Below the pieces are notes generated by a model. It was given only the letters and a program-made list of their open reading frames with translations, was not told where the DNA came from and searched no databases. Positions 57,853 through 64,000 of a stretch of DNA of 64,000 nucleotides are shown one piece after another. Source of the stretch: the human T2T-CHM13v2.0 reference genome, Homo sapiens; NCBI RefSeq assembly GCF_009914755.1, contig NC_060945.1. The stretch is one strand, 5' to 3'. How positions within the stretch are numbered: position 1 is the first letter of the stretch; each line of letters opens with the position of its first letter. A program made the translations under genes and the position numbers.

Positions 57853-60342
57853 AGATTATGTATGCTGGGCACAAATTGTTCCTGGCATCTTTCCTTTAGT
57901 TTCCTAACTTAAGGCATCAAATGGAGTGTAGATGGCACAATCTGATCTTGGAGTACCAATGTTGAGAGGTAGGAAGATTGTAATATTTTTCTTGGGCCCG
58001 AAATATTTATACTCCCCTTATATACTTCTTGTTTCATCATCTATTGTTTCTCCTCATAACATTACACTAAAAAAATAAGGAAAATAAGGGTATGTCTGCA
58101 TTCTGTCAAATAAATATCTTCCATTTCAAGTTCAATTTGCATCCTAAGTGTGATAACAATAGAAAAAAGCCATAATGGAGTGGAGTGATGTCGTCTGATT
58201 TACTTTACACCATGAACTCCTTTTCAGATAAATGTAGACTGGTCGTGCCCCTACAATACAAGTCTTCATTAATTAGTTATTTACCAGTTACTTATTGTTA
58301 AACCACCTTCCCTTAAATGATAGGTAGTGTGACCTATTTTAGGAGGCACTGTTTTGGGTCCGGAGAAACCACTCTTTGTTACTAACTGGGTTCTGAACAC
58401 TCTGAAATGGCAAAAAGTTGCAGGCAGGGAACACATATGTCACCTTTATTTTTGACAGTAGAACTAGGTGTGTTAAAACAAATGGCTTTGCCAACACTAA
58501 ACCCTAGAATCAGACTGAGTTACCCATGTCAGGGTAGCATGGGTCCAGGAGAAGTTCCCTAAGATGGGGAAAGTAGTGGGAGTGGACAGCCCGTGGGCAA
58601 TTTGTACATGAATAAAGAAGGGTTCCCAAGAAGGGGAGGGTCAGGGATGAAAGGCACATTCTTCTCGGATATATCAATCATAAAGATGTCTTCATCTCTC
58701 CAGAGGCTGAGTGAATAAAGGGTTAGAGAGAGGTCAGAAGGACATTTAGGGGAAAGTCATTCCTCATAGGAAACAGTAGTGAGAAAAAAGCTCTTTTAAT
58801 ACCCTAGACTACTAAAACAAAAATAATTTAGATTCTGGCTCTAGCTTCCTAACTAACTAGCTCTAAAACCTTGGATTGTGGTTCTCAATCACATCCTCTA
58901 CAGAAAAAAAGGCTGTAGAGTTGGCGAATTTTAGGGCCTCTTCCTTTTTATAATACAACAAAATTACTGTCATTTGTCATTTGTTGAGCACTAGTCCTAG
59001 GCACTGTGTCAGAGCATCTTACACTCTCCTTTATTTAATTCTCAGAAAGTCCATCACTCTATAAAAATCCAGAGGGTTAAATGATGGTTTATGTCATACA
59101 AGTTAAGTAGAATAGTCGGGATTGCAACTCAAGGTCAATGAGTCACTCTGCTCTGCTCATGATATGTGAATTAAGGTGCCATACACAATACATGAAGAAA
59201 GAAGCACTTGGTATCTTGGTATTTTTCTTTGAGTCTATCAGCCGCCAAATATTTCTCAAAATTACTCAAGATTTATATTACAACCAGCTATTGTAGCACA
59301 AAATAGAAATTGAATATCTTCCCCAATCTGGGAGAAAAGAGCTCAGAAACGACTCCTACTTATTAGAGATTACTGAGTAAAGTTGCAAATTGATGAAAAA
59401 GACTAGACTCTGTAGTAATACATCCTCAGTGCCTTCACTCCAGGTAAAAAATGGTTCACCGTAAGAAGTCACAACTGTGACAATAATAATCGTCATTATC
59501 ATAGTTGTTGCCTGAAAGATAGAATTCTGGACTTAAAATCTTTATTTTTTCTATTTTGAATGAAACCATTCCAGATTGAGAATATTTATTCTTTAGATAA
59601 AGAAACTTTAACATAATTCTTTGCATTAAATAGCAGAATCTGAATTTAAATTTGGGGATTGTATATTTTTGATTTAAAAAATAAGAAAATTACTTTCCAC
59701 TTTTGAATAATTTTTCCTTTAAATATGTGAGACCCTGGAATTTGAGGCAGTAAACAATTGCATCGCCCAGAGTTTTCTGGACTCCAGACTGTAAGACACT
59801 GAAAACAAAGGTGAGAGCTGAGCTTCAAATGCTATTCTGATTTTTCAGTCACCTGACTGTAGATAGATAGCTTGGGGACTCGCTGAGTCCTGTCAATCAG
59901 ATTAAACTCACAGACAGAAAGAACAAGAACCATGGGCATAATGAGTAGTTGAAGACAGGAAACATTTTATTAGATCAGCTCTGAGACAACACCTATGCAC
60001 ATCTGATCAAGAATTCAGTTTGCTTCTGATTCTAATTCTGCAGTAATCTAGAAACCATGATTCCAGCCAGCACTGATATAAGTGGAAATTTTAGCATGGA
60101 CAGTACAGTATTGGGGGTTATGGATAGAGTTCCATGATCTTGGAATATTCTCTCATAATGTTGGGAGTGGCAGTATGGTTAATTGAACTGTCATGTGAAA
60201 CCTCTGCTCATTAAGGGCCTCCTGGTAAGTGGAAACCCTTTTCCTTTAGTGAATCGCATGTAGCACACTAACTGTATGATGAGAAATTTGATAGGCAGCT
60301 TGTGGTGAACTCAAAGAAAAAAAAATTAAGAAACTCAATGGA

Positions 60343-60640
<298 letters not shown>

Positions 60641-61639
60641 ATGAACAAACAGAAAAACCAAATGTAATGGAACAAAAATGTTTCACTGGACTTAGAAAAT
60701 ATGTAGGCTTAATACACCCATCAGAAAATACATTCTATGAAAGAAGGGTTCAGAAAGATAGTGGTCAGTAATACAGTTTCAAGATAGCAGGCAGAAATAA
60801 ATATGAAAATTATGCTATATATTAATGCTTTTCATAGCACGCCAAATGTAGTAGCTTTGTCAACTCTTTAAACTATATTATAAATTGTTAGTCATCGAAA
60901 CATAAACTGTCTTGTATATACATTAAAACAGATTTTCATGGTTAAGTAGATTGTGCATTAAATAAATTCTAGGGTAGAGTTTTGCTTGATTCATACATTT
61001 GGGACAGAAGGTGCATATGTATTGTGTTTTCTTGTACTTCTTTCTCTGTTGTCTATAAAAGTGAGGGGGTATGCCTAAGAAACACCTGGATGCTCATAGC
61101 TCCTTATAGCTCATATTTGGATTTGTAAAATGTTTACAGCTGTGAAAAGTGATACTTCAGTTTATAATCAGCGTTTATTTCTTGCAAAACAAATGAAAAT
61201 TAGGTTGTTATCTTTTATTTAGGAGGCAGAAAAATTTGATCTACTATGCAGTGAAATTTATGGGAAAAGAAGTTTAAATTGTGTATTTTTAAACACACAT
61301 TTAAAGGATCTCGGCTGATTTCTTGTCACTGGAGCAATGGACATAGTATGTTGTTTACTAGCGATATTCTTTGCCTAAATAAAATTTAACTAAAATTGAA
61401 TCAGACAAAACATATGAATCCTCACATCCTATGGCTTTCTAGAAGGCAATGTGCTATACAGGACTGATGCCTATTTCATTTTGCTATTCAATGTTTTTAT
61501 TAATAGTAGTTTGGAGAATGTCGTTGACTCTAGCAATTCTTAGGATGGGGCCATCTTTATTTCTCAGTACTTCTATTTTTCTAAATTTTAAAAATTACTT
61601 GCTCATCAAAGCATAATTGTTAAGTCTAAAAATCACTTT

Positions 61640-62199
61640 AAGAATCTAGAACTAGAAATACCATTTGACCCAGTAATCCGATTACTGGGTATGCACCCCA
61701 AGGATTATAAATCATTCTACTATAAAGACACATGCACACGTATGTTTATTGTGGCACTATTCACAATAGGAAAGACTTGGAACCAAGCCAAATGTCTATC
61801 AATGATAGACTGGATAAAGAAAACATAGCACATATACACCATGGAACACTCTGCAGCCATAAAAAAGATGAATTCATGCCTTTTGCAGGGACATGGATGA
61901 AGCTGGAAACCATCATTCTCAGCAAACTAACACAAGAACAGAAAATCAAACACCTCATGTTCTCACTCATAAATAGGACTAGAACAATGAGAACACATGG
62001 ACACAGGGAGGGGAACATCACACACCTGGGCCTGTCGGTGGGTGGGAGTCTTGGGGAGGGATAGCATTAGGAGAAATACCTAATGTAGGTGACGGGTTGA
62101 TGGGTGCAGCAAACCACCATGGCACGTGTATGGTTATGTAACAAACCTGCACGTTCTGCACATGCACCCCAGAACTTAAAGTATATTAAAAAAGAAAAA

Positions 62200-62200
<1 letters not shown>
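61640..62200 (+). mobile_element. L1PA7/8-like 3' end
   Basis: ORF2 end plus 3'UTR (gggatagcattaggagaaatacctaatgtag...aacttaaagtat) and A tail. Confidence 0.92.
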
Positions 62201-63560
<1,360 letters not shown>

Positions 63561-64000
63561 TAACTACACCTCTTTTCAAATTTGCCTGTCACCTCACACA
63601 TTTTTTTCCATTGAGTACTCATACCCTAGTTACCTCACCATTCAGATGTCACTTCCATGCCATTTCTTCCCCTGAGTGTTCTTTTGTTCTTCAGGTTAGG
63701 AGCAATCTTCTTGCCTGCCAGAGAGTCTTGCAAAAAAAAAAAAAAAAAAGGTGATTTTCTTTTCTTCTCCGGAAGTTTTTATATTGTACTTAAACTAGTC
63801 AAGACAGTATTATGCTTGTTTCAGTATATTATTCTTCCAAATAGTTCTTGAGAACAAGATCTATAAATCTTGATATCCCCAAAGAGTCCTACTCAGTGTC
63901 TCAAAGAATAAGTTTACCATTAACTTTTGTAAAGAGAAAAAAAAATGTATGTTTAGTTTGGACAACTGAATGCTCATCTGGGACACACAGTAATTATTTC

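Overview
This is AT-rich, CpG-depleted primate DNA (AluJ/S/Y, L1PA, THE1B; probably human or another catarrhine), either intergenic or deep intronic. I find no intact protein-coding gene. Nearly all listed ORFs are chance ORFs or read through Alu, L1 or LTR sequence. The only recognisable protein-derived sequence is a 5'-truncated, frameshifted processed RPL8 pseudogene (minus strand, ~47.2-47.75 kb). The window holds ~25 Alus or Alu fragments, several L1 3' ends and old L1M relics, solo LTRs (MLT1, MLT2, THE1B, MST, ERVL, ERV1, ERVK), DNA transposons (MADE1, MER20, Tigger4a), MIR/L2 relics and microsatellites. The most notable unexplained structures are a ~150-bp, ~87% identical non-Alu inverted repeat (1064-2046) whose left arm carries a branchpoint and 3' splice site; a candidate recursive-splicing AG|GT site at 26728/26729; an Alu with a twin-priming-type 5' inversion; several local templated duplications; and a consensus CTCF site. 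Repeat subfamily names are from memory of consensus sequences, and many boundaries are approximate. I cannot support a new multi-gene system.
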